Below, piece by piece: positions 15,009 through 29,113 of a stretch of 64,000 bases of DNA. The notes below the pieces were generated by a model. That model saw only the letters and a program-made list of their open reading frames with translations, made no database searches and was not told the origin of the DNA. This DNA is from Kudoa neothunni (lineage: Eukaryota > Animalia > Cnidaria). Made by a program: the position numbers and the translations under genes. Location of the stretch: positions 1,188,021-1,252,020 of the forward strand of contig OZ199839.1 in assembly GCA_964304625.1 (NCBI GenBank), read 5' to 3'. How positions within the stretch are numbered: position 1 is the first letter of the stretch; each line of letters starts with the position of its first letter.

Positions 15009-17285
15009 CAACGTTCCGAGCGCCTGAAAATCGGGTTTACACATTCCTTCTTTCGAGGTCCAATAAACCCCACATTTTTAGCGTGAATTATGGATAAAAA
15101 TGAAATAAGTATTTTACTAATGTATGAGAGCAAACTATCGATATAATATTGGAAAACGTTACAATTATAAAACCGACGGCTGTTAACGATGATTACAGAA
15201 ATATGTAAAAGGTTAAATATAATTGGATTTAATAAAAAATATATATCATTTTCCATTAAATAAATCTAAAAAATTGTTTCCTTCATAATTACTTTCTTAA
15301 TATTCACGTCCAATCATACCAGCAATACATATTGTTCCAAAATACATAAGATGCGAGATATTTATATTAGTTTGGTTGTTGATATTACGAACCATCATGA
15401 AAACAACTTTTAAACTGCTTTTATTACAGATGGCTTAACAAACAAAACAAAAAAGTTTAGGCTTTTCTGCCTCGAGATCTCGAACAATAACAGCATCACT
15501 CACGACGAAGATATTCTATTATGCAACTATAATTTTTATCAGCGCAATTTTTGTTTCTCTGAACACAATCCTTCGCCAAACAAACTTCGAGCTCTTCTGG
15601 AAACTTAACTCTTGAACAATTGATATCATAGAAAACAGTCATAAGGATAAAATGAATTAATCAAGCCAATACCAACCACAATGAAGAATACTGCTTCGGA
15701 CCATCGATTCGTTTACTTTATACACTTGTTGTAGCAATAATATGATCCAATGTTTCCACTCCAACTTTTTAACATTTATATTCCAGATTAATAACAGGTT
15801 TTTTCAGTCTGTATCTTCAACATTTGTAGTGAACTCGAGGTTGTTAGTAGCTAAACTGCTTTACTTTTTATAGGAACATAGAAGATTATTATTAGTTTAT
15901 TAAACATAGCATAGGTGTACTGAAACTTCGATTTTTGAATTCATTTTTAGATAATTTGTAATATCTCTTTTATTATTTCGTATTGTTCCAGTCATTCCCC
16001 GAGTAAGAGTTTTTGGGCAATGGAAAAAGAAGTAAAGAAATTTTCACACATGATATTTCTCCCAGTTTCCATTAATGATGACACAAGATCCAGAACAATA
16101 TCTCCTCAACATTTTCTGGCGTTTCGTTATTATTTTTATCCAAATAAACAAGAAAGTTATGAGTGTATTTGTTCTCGGGATTGGTAAGGAGAAAATACTT
16201 AATTCCATACATTGCCGGTTTGGATGGTATATATTGCCCGAAGAATAATTTTCCCTAAAAGCAAATAACTGCTCGTCAATTGTCAAACTCTCCTGGGGGT
16301 AATAATCGTCGGAACGACAATCTTTCCAACTCTTAAAAGTATCACAAATGGGGAATAATTTATCCATGAGTCTTAAAGTTTCTCTGGCTTTGAATTCTTC
16401 ATAATGAATGGTCATCGAAATTTGAATAAGCCTGTTTAATGGCATAATCTTTCAACAAATATCCCTTCGCTTTCCAACACTCCAAAGCAATTTGAATCAT
16501 TATAATTAAGATTTAAAAATGGGAATATAATTATGGATTCCCAAGTTAGCTAACAAATCTTGTTTTGAAAAGTCATCAAATAATTCAGTTAATTAAAATT
16601 GGTAAGCGTGTTAATGTTTAAAATAACAGTTGAGAAAATAGATTCACCATAAAAAATGAGGAATGATCAGCAAAGAAGGTGATTCTATTTGAAACATAAG
16701 AAAATGAAGCTGGATACATTGAAAAATATTTCTTTTAAAGCTTTTAGTTGTTTGAAGTTTCTTAGAAAATCAATTAACATCGTCCTTATCTTCGTAAATG
16801 TTCCAATAGCGTTTATTATCTTCAAAAAAATTAGAATGACGCAAATAATTAAATTATTAAAAAACACCATAAAATTCATTGATATCGGATTCAAATTCAT
16901 CCAAAATATTCCGCTCAAAACCATTAATCGCAGCGTTTTATTCGTCGGTAATGGTCGATATTTAATGTATGCATGGTTTTTTTATTTATCTTTGTTTCCT
17001 ATCTATAAAATTAAATTTAATTCTCAAAATTATTGTAAATTAATTTTCTTTGTTATTTGATAGAAAAAAAATCGTGTCCATTGGGTCCCCAAAGAAGGTA
17101 TGTTTAAGTTCTTAGATTATTTCGTTACCTGAATGTAAAAATTTAAATTCTCCATTATATTTTAATAGAACTCATATTTATCGGAAATTAGACTTGATAA
17201 TAAATCAACTGGTGTAATATAAGATCCTCTAAAATTTATTTAAACATCCACTAAGGTCCAATAGAACCCAAAGACTCTAGGAAGG
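15009..17285 (-). mobile_element. Decayed piggyBac (PGBD4-like) element
   Basis: Minus-strand remnants LTIDEQLFAFR and Y+..K.GVETLD. The right end ..ggaagg is followed by TTAA (17286-89), and the subterminal ggtccaata.a.ccc motif occurs near both ends. The left boundary is approximate. Confidence 0.7.
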
Positions 17286-19473
17286 TTAAGTAAAAACATA
17301 CACAACATTTATTTTTTTTATAACAATATTAAAATTGTTTAGTTTATTATATAAATATAAAAGATTATTGTGGAATCAACTGATAATTATTTCGTACTTT
17401 TCTTGCTAAAAAATCAAAAAAAATAAATCTTTTATATTTACGTAAATATTTTTTTAACAAAATAGATTTTTCACAATTACTTATTAAGAATTTTAGAGAT
17501 AAACGGATAGTGATGTTGCAAATAAATATGTATGTTTTGTCAAAATATATTAAAATATTTACCTCCGTTTGTATTTTATAATTTATTTCTGTGTGAAAGA
17601 AAAATCTTTAAATTAATGTGAGGCTCTGTTGTCATATCTAGGTCTTATATTGCGTATATAGGCATTTCGCATTTTACTGAAATTCATTAAACAAGACTTT
17701 TCTGCAGATACAAATTGATATTAATTATTATACAAATAATGTCACTTTTTACAAATAATTCATAAAAAATAAAAATTCTAATTCTAAATTTTTGTAAATA
17801 TTCTTTTTTTTTAATACATAAAAATTATACATATTAAAAAAGAAAACTTTTAGCCGCTTATTTTAATATTTAATGGATAAATCTTTTGTATTTTAAGCGA
17901 ATTTTAATTTAAGGGTTTTATTAAACTTAATCATTTCTAACAACGCATATTATCCATATCTGAAATAGTAGAGCTAAAAATGGTCAACTTCATTATTATC
18001 CGAAAATATTTTGAATATCTTATATTAAAGGGCTGTTCATAAGGTAATGGAAAATTCTTTGTGTGTTTGTGAAACATTTTATTTATGAACAAATTATTAT
18101 TGGGACTTAATTAATAATTACCAATGATTTTGTTATTCAGGCTACACGCAGCAATAGTCAATTATTTTTATTGATAAAAAATCATTGTTTACACCAAATT
18201 TAAATAAATAGAAAATTTATTAAATTATTTGAAAAATGGACTAATACTTTCATGCGTTAACGAACAAAATCTAAAAAATTTAATTATTAATGGCGAGCCA
18301 TTGATAAAAATACTCCATATTTTACTTTTGCAGTATTTTTTTAAGATTATCGAAATAACACGAGTTTATTTGGAAAAGTGAAGAATCGATGGGTCGTAAT
18401 AAGTCGTGCCTGAACAAATAAAAATTTTATTTCCTAATTATAAAATCGATTATTTCCTATTAAATTTTAGTTTCCCAAAAATAAAATATTGACACACTAA
18501 ACCGCTGTAGCGTTAAAAAAATAAAGTAAATCGCACAATATCCTAATGTTCACTCACTAACAATAAAGTTTAAATCACTAGTTGTTATTAATTACATAAA
18601 CATATTAAATTGTCAAATATAATTAATCATAATAAAAAATTTCTAAAAATGGTTGTCTAGCTGTAAAAAAGTAGTAAAATTGATGTTTATTAAAAAAACA
18701 TTAATTTGAAAAAAATTATAAATCATAAATTAAATATGTTAATTTAAAAAAAAATTATGAAATAATGTTTTTACACACTACTTACTTAACATATTCCAAG
18801 CTTCATTTCTTGTAGATTTGAATATAAAATAGATATGTTTCTTTTTACAATATATCAATTTTTCATGTAGATTAATATTTTTATTGTTGATTTCAATAAT
18901 AATTTAATACTAACTTTGAAAATTTTTATGTGAATCCTACAGTTAATTTAATGTAATCATTCAAGATATAGTATACTAGAGCAAAACCAATATCTTATGC
19001 ACATTCCATGTATTTCATGAGTATAATTAGAGCCGGAGTGTTATTCGCGTGGTTATGTATTAATATTTACATATTAAATTAAAATAAATAACAGCCTTTC
19101 CGAAAATTAGTCACCTTTCATTGTTGCTTGAGTTATGAAGAATTAAAATTGGGTTTGATTTAAAGCGCTCTCATACATTTATAAATTCATAATTTTAAAA
19201 ATAATTAATTGTTTTAATTATCATAAAATTTTAAATTAAAAAAAACAGATTAATATTAATAATCTCTCAAAACTATAAATATAGAACTTACAAAAAAGAT
19301 CTCTAATTAGATACACGCATATTTGTAGGAAAAACAATATTAAAAATTTGTTTATACATTATTTCGATATTTAAGAAATAATTTTAAGTAGATATTTTAA
19401 TAATAATAAAATAATAAGCTTAAATATATTTTATTTATTTCACCCTCCTCACATTTATTTGTCTTTGTATATC

Positions 19474-22400
19474 ATGAATTATTCGGACCTTCTTGGCTAA
19501 ATAAGAATCAGCGTATTAGTTTTGTTGTAGTAATTTGTGCGATAATGATAATATGTGGAGAGATAAAATCATCCTGCATTATCTCTGCCTACTTAAATCC
19601 ATAGAAACGTGGATGCAAGCATGGATGCGGGCCAAAAGCATTCTTTCAACCAATTCAATAGTCATTTGAAATAGTCTTTTTTTAATATAGTGAATATAAT
19701 AAAGAGGTCTTTTCGCTCATCAATCCAATCAATATAAACATAATTAAACACATATTCTTCAAATAGATAACGAGCTTTGTGAGGGCGGAAATGGAATTGT
19801 CGGTAGGTGTTATTTGGTTGATACAATTTTTGAGGTTATGGTATGTTCTTTGATTTCAAATAAATTATATGTTTGGATATTTTGATTTTTGAATAAGGTG
19901 GATAACATTTTTGTAGGTTGGGAGTGAAAGGAAATACAAGCGACGAATTTCAGCGAAACCTCATTGAGAAAGGCATAACTATCGTCAGCTCCACCTCGCC
20001 TCCAACTGAGTATAACGAATACGCGAATTTTCTATTGATTTATATTCAACCAACCAATCCCATATTTACTCGCAAAAAACACCAAAATAAGTGTACGTCG
20101 GGAGAAACATCAAAGTTCGGAGTTTTTAGTGGCTCATAGGCCATTCGATTTTGTGGATACTTTCGAAAGAGGCAGATTGTATTCGGAGGGCTCAACAACA
20201 GAAGAATCAACTCAGCATGACCAAACTAACACCATTTATAATCCACTTGTCTTAAATGCTGGATACAGTGTAATAACCGATTCAATAGTTGTAAATAATT
20301 CATGAATATAGGAATTTTTTATTGGTATCGTTGCGGAGGTGAGGGATAGTGATGGTCATCTCAACTATATTCATTCCAATCAGAATATCAAAATGCTAGG
20401 CTTATATGAAAACGAAATTCTCAACATAACTAATGAGCATATGAATTATTATGTGTCAAAATGTAGCCTAGAAAGTATGATGGCATATTTTCGATTTGGT
20501 AGCTACACATCTGATGATCTGCTGAAATGCACTATGTTGGGACTATTTTTACCAAACGTAACCCCATTTCATTATTTTAATCGATAGTTGTATCCCTCGC
20601 TCGCTGACTAAAAAATTGATGAAAACAATATATTCGGAAATTTTAATTCTGCGTAAACGATAAGAATCAAGGATACTAGACCTATATTTAATCAATTTGA
20701 TTTATTTCCTTAGAGTGATCATTCGTTGCCGCTTTATGAGTTGAAGACAAACGAACAATTTTCAAATCTAACTTTTGAAAATTTTCGAGTCGATTGGCGT
20801 TATAATAGACAAATTTACAAAGAAAATATAATCTACAGGTTTTCTTATCCGTATTGTGAGGTGATAGATATTGTGGAATTAATTTGTTTGATTAAATGAA
20901 TTTTAGTTTAGCACGTTGCTCTGTGATGACGAGTACCTCATGAACGGTCAGGCCCCTCGATGTGATGGGATCGAATATTTATATGAAAAATTGTATCTTA
21001 AGGGTTTGTGTGTGAACTATCACAGTGAATCAGAGTATAAACTGTGTGCTGCTAGAACAGCTGAATCTGTAATTAGCTTTTCCTAGCTACATTTATTCAT
21101 CCTGTATATTGTCTAGATTGTCGAGGATAAAGAGAACCTTTATATGTTAACGGCTAAAATAATCGACAATTATTATATAAATACTACCGAAAATTCTTTT
21201 TATAATAGTTTTGTGGTGGTTTCTATATATACGGTCGAATATCCAACTAGACTTTTAGCAATTAAAAAAACCCCTCTCATCTATGGGCGTGGAATGTGGA
21301 GTATGAATTTGTTGTTCAATTGTTCTGTGTCGGTATTTTAGAATCAAGCTCTACACATACTAACATTAATTATTAGAATATTGAGGTTAAATTACAAGTA
21401 TACTTGCTAAAAATTGGACGTAAAATGAATTTCGAAATAAGCCATTCTCTTCTTCATAAAGATATTGTTATGAGACCTTCTCATGAGTGGAATAAGTCAC
21501 CTCAACCCGCCTATCATTACCTGTACGGGAAATAGAAATAATAAAGGAGTTGTTATAGAGGCAACGTTATCTAAAGTTGGAGAAACTAATCGATTTATAA
21601 CTCCTACATTTGAGTTGAATTGTGATGAGCATTTTCACCGATGTAATCGAGAAATTAATGAAGCAACTGAGACCATTCTAAATCTAACGGTTTTTGTGTT
21701 AAATAATAATTCGGTTTCTGATTTAACGGTAACAATTTCTGCTTTGAATCACAATTATCTGACAGATATCTTCTCCGCCACGTATGAAATAGAATCAAAC
21801 CAAAATTTACTACTTCTTGATAATATACCAATTTATAATGACAGAATGATAGAAGTAATTTGATTATTTTTGAAATTCAATAATTAAGTTTTTTGGTTTA
21901 TTTTAGGCAGATTTTGTGACTATTCATTATAATGGTGAAATTCATAGGGCACTAATCCCTTCACTACTTCGAGGGGATCTGCTCACTAAATACAATGATT
22001 GGCCATTTGTTTTCTTATGGAGGGTATTCTCAAAAACTAACCATATTGAAGCATCCAATATAAAACCTAAACCTACCACTCATAAAAACACAATTCCTGT
22101 TATATATTTATGCCATAAAGTCGTTTTTATACAGTAGAAAGTAGATTTTAATGGATTTTTAGATTTATCCGCTGGTCTTGATATTTCCTAGAAGCTTGAT
22201 AGTTTCGGTTCCACCAAATAAAAAATCAAATGTTACCCTGGTATTAGAAAACGATTGTAGCTCAATGATAAAAGGAAAACGTAAAACCAATGTGGATTGT
22301 CAATCTAACTCCGTGTGGAATTTTGAGATGGCCCTTCAAGGTCATGACGGCGGCTCTTGCAATATCACTCAAACTTTAATAACAAATGGCGAAAATAATC

Positions 22401-22892
22401 ACTCTGCTACATTGGAAAATTCCATTTCTATACGCTTTTTAATTGACAATATACCAATCATGAAACAAGATCTACTTAAAAAAATAAATATTTCAAGATT
22501 TAACAATTTTTCTGCACTGAAAGATAGAAAAGATATGTTTTTGATTATTTTTAATCCCACTTTTAGAAAAATGAATGACAAAGATAATGGTAATTAATTT
22601 TTTTAATTTAACTAAATGATAAGGTAAACTTCCTTAGACGATAGAAACCGTATTAAGAACATCACTCACAAAAATGGATCTTTTGGGTGGAAAATTGGTG
22701 TGGTCATTGGTTCATTGGGGTTGTTTTTCATTCTTGTGTTTTGTGTTTCTCTCTATGGTTACAGGAGGTATTAGTGCTTTAATTTGTGCTAGGATCACTT
22801 TTATAATAACATCTTTTAGGAAGTATAAAAGACTTCCAAAAATTTATTCCCTTAGTCATCATCGTCTTAGTAACTCGCACTACTATTTGTAA
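19474..22892 (+). CDS. Large orphan single-pass (type I) membrane protein, many exons; 5' structure uncertain
   Basis: A chain of + strand ORFs is separated by short GT-AG introns and has many N-x-S/T sites and scattered Cys. The penultimate exon encodes TM IGVVIGSLGLFFILVFCVSLYGY, and the last exon completes the tail RRKYKRLPKIYSLSHHRLSNSHYYL*. Confidence 0.65.
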
Positions 22893-25800
22893 TGGAGATG
22901 GAATGCACTGATTTCATTACTTAGTTATCTCTTCTAACAAAATCTACTACTATTCTATATACATATATTTTATAACATGGTTTTTTATCAATAAAATTAG
23001 GAATCTTACTTTCTAAAAATTCATACAATACAAATAGGCTTTTTAAAAGTAGTAAAACTAACCGAAAGACTATTTATAGATCATTGAACTTGGAGTACGA
23101 AATAATTAGGTATTTTGAAAACAGACCGAAGTATGAACAAACGTGAATCGTGCGACTCCTCTATTTTAGCGTTATTTTTACATTTTTTATCATGAAGCAA
23201 TAACAAAATATCTTATATGTTTTTCATATCTAGAGCAAATAAAAAAAATATCCTCTGACCCACGTTAATATTGTAAATGTTCAATCGAATATAACGTTAA
23301 CAATTTTAATTTTTTAATGATATTTACACCCGGTATTCCTTTAATGAAAAGCTTATAATGGTTAAACCTGTATACTTTTATAATAATTATTTTTTATTTA
23401 TTAATTTAAAAATTTTATTTAACATAAATTTTGCTTTGGCTTTTCAAGCATGAATATTGTTTTCCAAACTATTATTATGAAACCGTCAAGCTTATCCTGT
23501 GTCGATTTATCACCCTTGCGTTTTAATAATCTCCCCCGGTTCATTATGTTTAAATATAATATTTCGTTCTTAATGATTATTTTTGTTTTTTTGGTCCCAA
23601 TGGTTTTATCTATAAAGTTACAAGCTACTAATATTTAATGATTTTTCGCTTCAATATTCAATACAACGAGCACATATTTTTATATATAATTTCTTTCTAT
23701 TCACAAAAGTATGAAGACAACCGTAGCATGTCTTCTTGTGAATTCAATAAATCTAAATGTATACCGAATTTCTTCGAATACAGCTCGCTATTACCTAATA
23801 TCAATACTTTTTGATACTTCTGGAATTTAAAACAAAATTTATTCAGTTAGAGAATTTTTTTGCTTTTAATTTTAAAAAATGATTAATAAAAGATTCAATA
23901 TATAATTGTACGTAGATTGTAGATTAAATAGGAAAATCACTGTTTTAAAGACTTTGTTTTATGAAGTCCAACTTAATATTTAAGAAAATCAACATAAAAA
24001 AATATAAATTACTAAATATAATATTAATATCTATTCGATGAAGGTATGAGTAATCACATTAATAAATAACACACTAGTTTGGTGTAGCATTGTATGATGG
24101 AGATCTATTTCAATACAACATTAATTATATTGTTTGTTAATGTTTGTTTTAACGATATAAACACAAAATATTTTTATTTATTTTTAACGATATAAATAAA
24201 AAAATTATATTTTTTAAAATATTCAACCTAAATATAAGAAAATTAATCCTTTAATTCAGGAATAAAATCAAATATAATATCCATATCAGGTTTATACATA
24301 GCAGCAGTTAGAAAATTTACGTTTTTTATAAAAATTTTCAAATTAGACAAGCATTATTACCAAGTTAAATTATTTTCATTATAATTGTTTTATTAATTTT
24401 GGAGGTTTTGACAAAATTTAAATTCGTTATTTTCCATCAGTTGTCATGACAATTTAATTTTCTTAATTAAATATGTTACGCAAAGTCAAAAATATGTTTA
24501 AAACATGCTGATAAAAATTTCTGTGCAATTCCAAATTATTTAAAATCATTCCCAGACAAATCTTTTTTAATTAAAAATAATGTACATTTTATTTCTCTAT
24601 TAGATTTTAATGTCAATAAAATTTCTTGTTGATTGAATGTTTTATTAATTAAATTTATACCTATATTAATTTTCTTGTAGTTAAATAAACTATTTAAAAA
24701 TTTATTTTTTCGATTATAAATAATATGACTGGCATATAAGGATAATAAAAAAATATAGTTAGTAAGTATAGATTATATTTTAATGGAATGTCTCCAACCA
24801 CATTATTTTGTAAAATAAAAATCTTTATTTTCATATGAATTGATAATATTATTTAATAGAATTCTTTCTGTATGAGAATTGGGGGCGAATAATGCTTTCA
24901 ATGTCTAGATTTTGGTTATTAAATCAGCGAGTGAACTGAAGTATTAGAAAATAACTTCAAGTTTTAATAGCTAATTTAACTATAGAATGTACATTTTAAA
25001 CACGCTCGTTCCATTTAAATATTTCGTGAATAATCTCATTAAATAATAAAAAATAGAAAAAAATATGAATTCAAACTGTCGTGTCATTAAATAAAACCAG
25101 TTCATTAAATACATGAATAGTTATATATGTAAAATTTAATGGATAGAAAAATTAACTCTCATCAGTACCAGATTTTCAACTTACGGAATTTTTCGCGAGC
25201 TACAAAAACAAACGAACGAAAAGGTGAGTATAGCCTGATCGGAACACGTGCAGATTATTTCGGTAGCATGATAAATTAAGTTTTTACTGTTTTCCATCTT
25301 GAAATGTGCTGTGCCATTCATAAAACAAAAATATGTAGTTTAAATCAATATAATATATCTATTAAAACAATATAAATCGATCCCAAAAGTTAAAATAACA
25401 TTTTCTATCTTTAGGGTGTCCTATGCGACGTCCAAATTGATCAAGAAATGTTTCATGACTACCCACCCGAAATCTGCTATGACCCATATGTGGGTCATAT
25501 TACCCCAGGTTGGGTAACACCGCTCTAAGTTAAGGATTAATGTTCGTGTTAATTATAATCTTTGATCCGAAAATGTGCCCACTTTTCTGCGATTTAATTG
25601 AAGCAATGAAGGATTCTTTGATTGCTTACATCGATTGTAAAATGAATCACCATCCAATCAAAAGCAGAAATAGCGTTATATAACCAGTCACGATAGATTA
25701 AATTTCGTGCATTATTAACTCCCGAGAGATTAGAATATTTTAATTACCTGTTCATTAGAAAATACTAGAAATGAGAAAAATACCAAAAAATAGTTATTAT

Positions 25801-26601
25801 ATTAAGACATTCATTGTTTCAAGTATGCACACATTTGAATTGATATATAAAATGAGTCAATATTTTTAAAACCCTTATCTATACATGCCAATTATTGTTA
25901 ACATAATATAAACGCATAAAACCTCAATATAATTATGAATCGTTATGTATCATTATGAATCATCATGTATCATTATATGAGTCATAAAGAACGAAAACAA
26001 AAAGTACAAAGGAGTAAAGGTGAAAATTAATCATTATAAAATAAATTTATACACACCCTTTGAAATTTTTAAATTATCCATTGTTATCGTATCATATCGT
26101 CATTAATTAATATCTAGAAAATATAAAAGGATTTAACTATCACAGTGTGACAACGTATAACAGTTGTCATGTTAATACACATGTTTAACAACCATGAAAT
26201 TGCTTGATTAAACATTTTGTTTTCCGAGCCCACTAATTTTGCATCTATTCTTCATAATACAAAAGAAAATTAATAAAAGCCTTTTATTATATAATGAATA
26301 AAAAATCAGTGAACTGGTTCGAGACTAGAAATTTCTTACACTTCTAATATTAATGTAAATACGTGAGCAGATAGAAAAGGGGATACATTCATTGTTACAA
26401 CAACCTGCTTAGGTTAGAAGCTCAATACGGAATTATCATAAGCGAATTCCGAGCTGAGGATTATCATAAGTCAATTGTTGGAATTAATCCCCAATAGTAA
26501 TTTTGTTATAATTAGGTCTTAACAGATACAGTTTTTAGGTTAGAGAATGTGATTCATTTAAACTTAAATCATTCAATTCAAATGTATACACCCAGTTACC
26601 A

Positions 26602-26650
26602 GAACAACGACAACGACAACAACATCAACATCAACAACATCAACATCGTC
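26602..26650. repeat. Imperfect (AAC/GAC/ATC)n trinucleotide tract
   Basis: gaacaacgacaacgacaacaacatcaacatcaacaacatcaacatcgtc. Confidence 0.7.
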
Positions 26651-27104
26651 AATTGGTTCCAATGTTGATAATAATAATAATAAAGACACTCATTAAATCA
26701 AAACTATTATTTAATAATGAGAAATAATGTATTAGAATTGTTGAAAATATAATAATAAACATCGGGTTATTGGTGACAAGTAATCTCGACGTTTTTTTAT
26801 TAATCCGATGATCACTCTATTTCCATATGAACAAAGAGATTAGGCCTAATGAGTTAGGTATAATAATCACCAAAAGCGAATACACTCTAAAATATAGTAT
26901 CAAACGTTTCCCAAATTTATCTCTATTTCGTGCGTCATTATAAATACATATTTTTCGGTGAATTCACATTTGGAACTGCCACCATATAATTTTTTAGCAG
27001 AATATGCGCAAGCAATAACTATAGATATTACCTTATCTTTGTAGAATTACTGTCGGGTGGTCCGGCGATCAATTATACTACTACCTGACGTTTTTCTAAT
27101 ATTT

Positions 27105-28871
27105 ATGGTACCACCAAATCTCTATTAAGCTTGTTTACAACGGGAATTTTAGCACTCAAATCAATTCTCACAATCAATCGATAACGCTAAAGGCGTTGAT
27201 GGTCCGCCAGATTCTACTGCTTGTCAATTCATTGAAACAGAACCACCTGTGGAGAATGAGGAGGAAAAATTGGTTGTGGGCGGAAACTCTGATCCCTCAC
27301 ATCAATTGATGGGCTCCAAATTGGAAAATACTATTCCAGTCGAATGTGAGCAGGACTCCAAGGTAGAGTTGCTTCCCGCTAACGTTAACTCTCAAGAACC
27401 ACCGATTCAAGAGCAACAAGCAACTCATCGAAAAATACTTCATAAAAAGAACCGTTCAAGTGTTGGCGCCGCATTCGATTCAGTAAAACCTCACTCTAAC
27501 TTTTGGATAGATTCCCAATCCAACCACCTTCATCTTCATATAACATTTAACATGTAACATATAATAGGGTAGGAAAATTATCGGAGATGGGGCTAGGAGA
27601 GTGTACAAATTTTGCTGTTTTGTCATATCTACAGGTATTTGTGTAATAATTGCTGTCTCTATTATTACTACGTATGTGTGTTCAGGACAACAACTTATCA
27701 ACTATAAAGATCTCCCCAAATGGCTACAAGATAATGATTTTATTCGATATTTTTATCGTCCCGAATTGAAATCGTTTAAATTATGTTTCAAATCTGTGTT
27801 TAGGTAATATTTTGGTTGTTAACCCACTAATCCAACCTTTGAATCCCTCTCTGATTATTTTAATCCATTACACTAATATTTACATAACATTAATAATAAC
27901 ATCATCCCACCACATAGTCTTCACTCGGAAACCGGCAATATATGGACTCATATTATTGGAGTCTTGGTGATGATGATTTTCGGCTTGGTTATTATGTTAC
28001 GACCTTCGTTCAGCTCCACCGGCTATCCCCACTATCCGAAGGGCGTTCTGGAATATATGTTGTTTGCGATTTTTTTTATTTGTGCATGCACGTGTATGAC
28101 ATTCTCATGGCTGTTTCACACGTTGAGTTGTCATTCCGAGAAAGTACACACGCTTTTCGCCAAGTACTTACACAAACACATACTCCCCATTGAAATTATA
28201 TAATTATCTATCGTATTTTCAATCCTGATTATTGTTCTCACAATAGAATGGACTATATGGGAATTTCTCTACTTATCACCGGCAGCTCTATTCCTGTTAT
28301 ATATTTTGGATTCTTTTGTTCGAAGTTTCTGTTCTACCTCTATCTGGGGATTATCCTTGGATTGTGTATCTTTTCAATTTTGGTTTCATTTTTGAAAGTA
28401 TTCGCCACTCCCAAACTAAGACCTGTAAGAGCGGGTATTATTTTTAGTTTGTATTGTGTATGGGGTTTCTAATGAATTTTTTTTGGCTAGCTGTGTTTCT
28501 TACCTTTGGCCTCAGCAATATTATACCCATTATCCTCGTTGGAGTGTTACGTGGCTACGAATATACGCGTGATGCCATAGCCTTGTATTATTTGGTTTCT
28601 ATGGGTACCTTGTATGTGTCCGGGGCACTTTTTGTACTCTATGCGTATCCCCGAGAGACTCGCTCCCGGGAAAATAACCCTGTTTGTAATTTATTGTGGG
28701 TTGTAGGTGAGTTGTTCTAATTTGATTAATCTCCAGTTCCAAAGCCATCAAATTTTCCATGTGCTAGTTGTTATAGCTGCAGTGGTTCATGCCTTCGCTA
28801 TTTGTAAAATGGCTCATTATCGAGTTGGCATTGAAGGTGATCCCTGCCTTAAAATAAACCAGCTCATTTAA
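27105..28871 (+). CDS. ADIPOR: Adiponectin receptor (PAQR family, 7-TM); apparent +1 frameshift in a T-run at about 28629-28633
   Basis: LPKWLQDNDFI..YRP, HSETGNIWTH, FSWLFHTLSCHSEKV, DYMGISLLITGS, R.PER..PGK and FQSHQIFHVLVV.AA..H, with the Zn-binding His residues intact. The ATG (27105-27107) abuts the first intron donor. Confidence 0.9.
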
Positions 28872-29113
28872 GGTTCAATGGATTATAGAAGATAGTCAAA
28901 TACGACGATATAATTGATATGTTTATTTCATATTTCATAAGCTCTTTTTTTTAATTTTTTATGAACATGTTTTATTCTTTGAGCGCCGAATTCTAATGTC
29001 TAAAATTATATATTGATGCATGTAATAAACTTCAAACACTTTTATCCAGCCCAATGATGAGCTAAATGCGGCCAAAGAAACTTTTTATCAAATTTATTTT
29101 TTAATATGTATTA

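Noticed and set aside
16685-17060. Overlapping ORFs on both strands
   Set aside because: They lie within the decayed piggyBac and are low-complexity, AT-driven frames.
25413-25525. GC-richer patch with palindrome atgacccatatgtgggtcat, possible RNA hairpin
   Set aside because: It resembles a lone hAT/MITE end; no partner end or RNA-gene features found.
25530-25750. Possible minus-strand exons (IYRDWLYNAISAFDWM)
   Set aside because: An in-frame stop lies just upstream and I could not build a consistent gene model.
26595-26650. Minus-strand signal-peptide-like MLMLLMLMLLSLSLFW
   Set aside because: It is a product of the microsatellite and is followed immediately by a stop.
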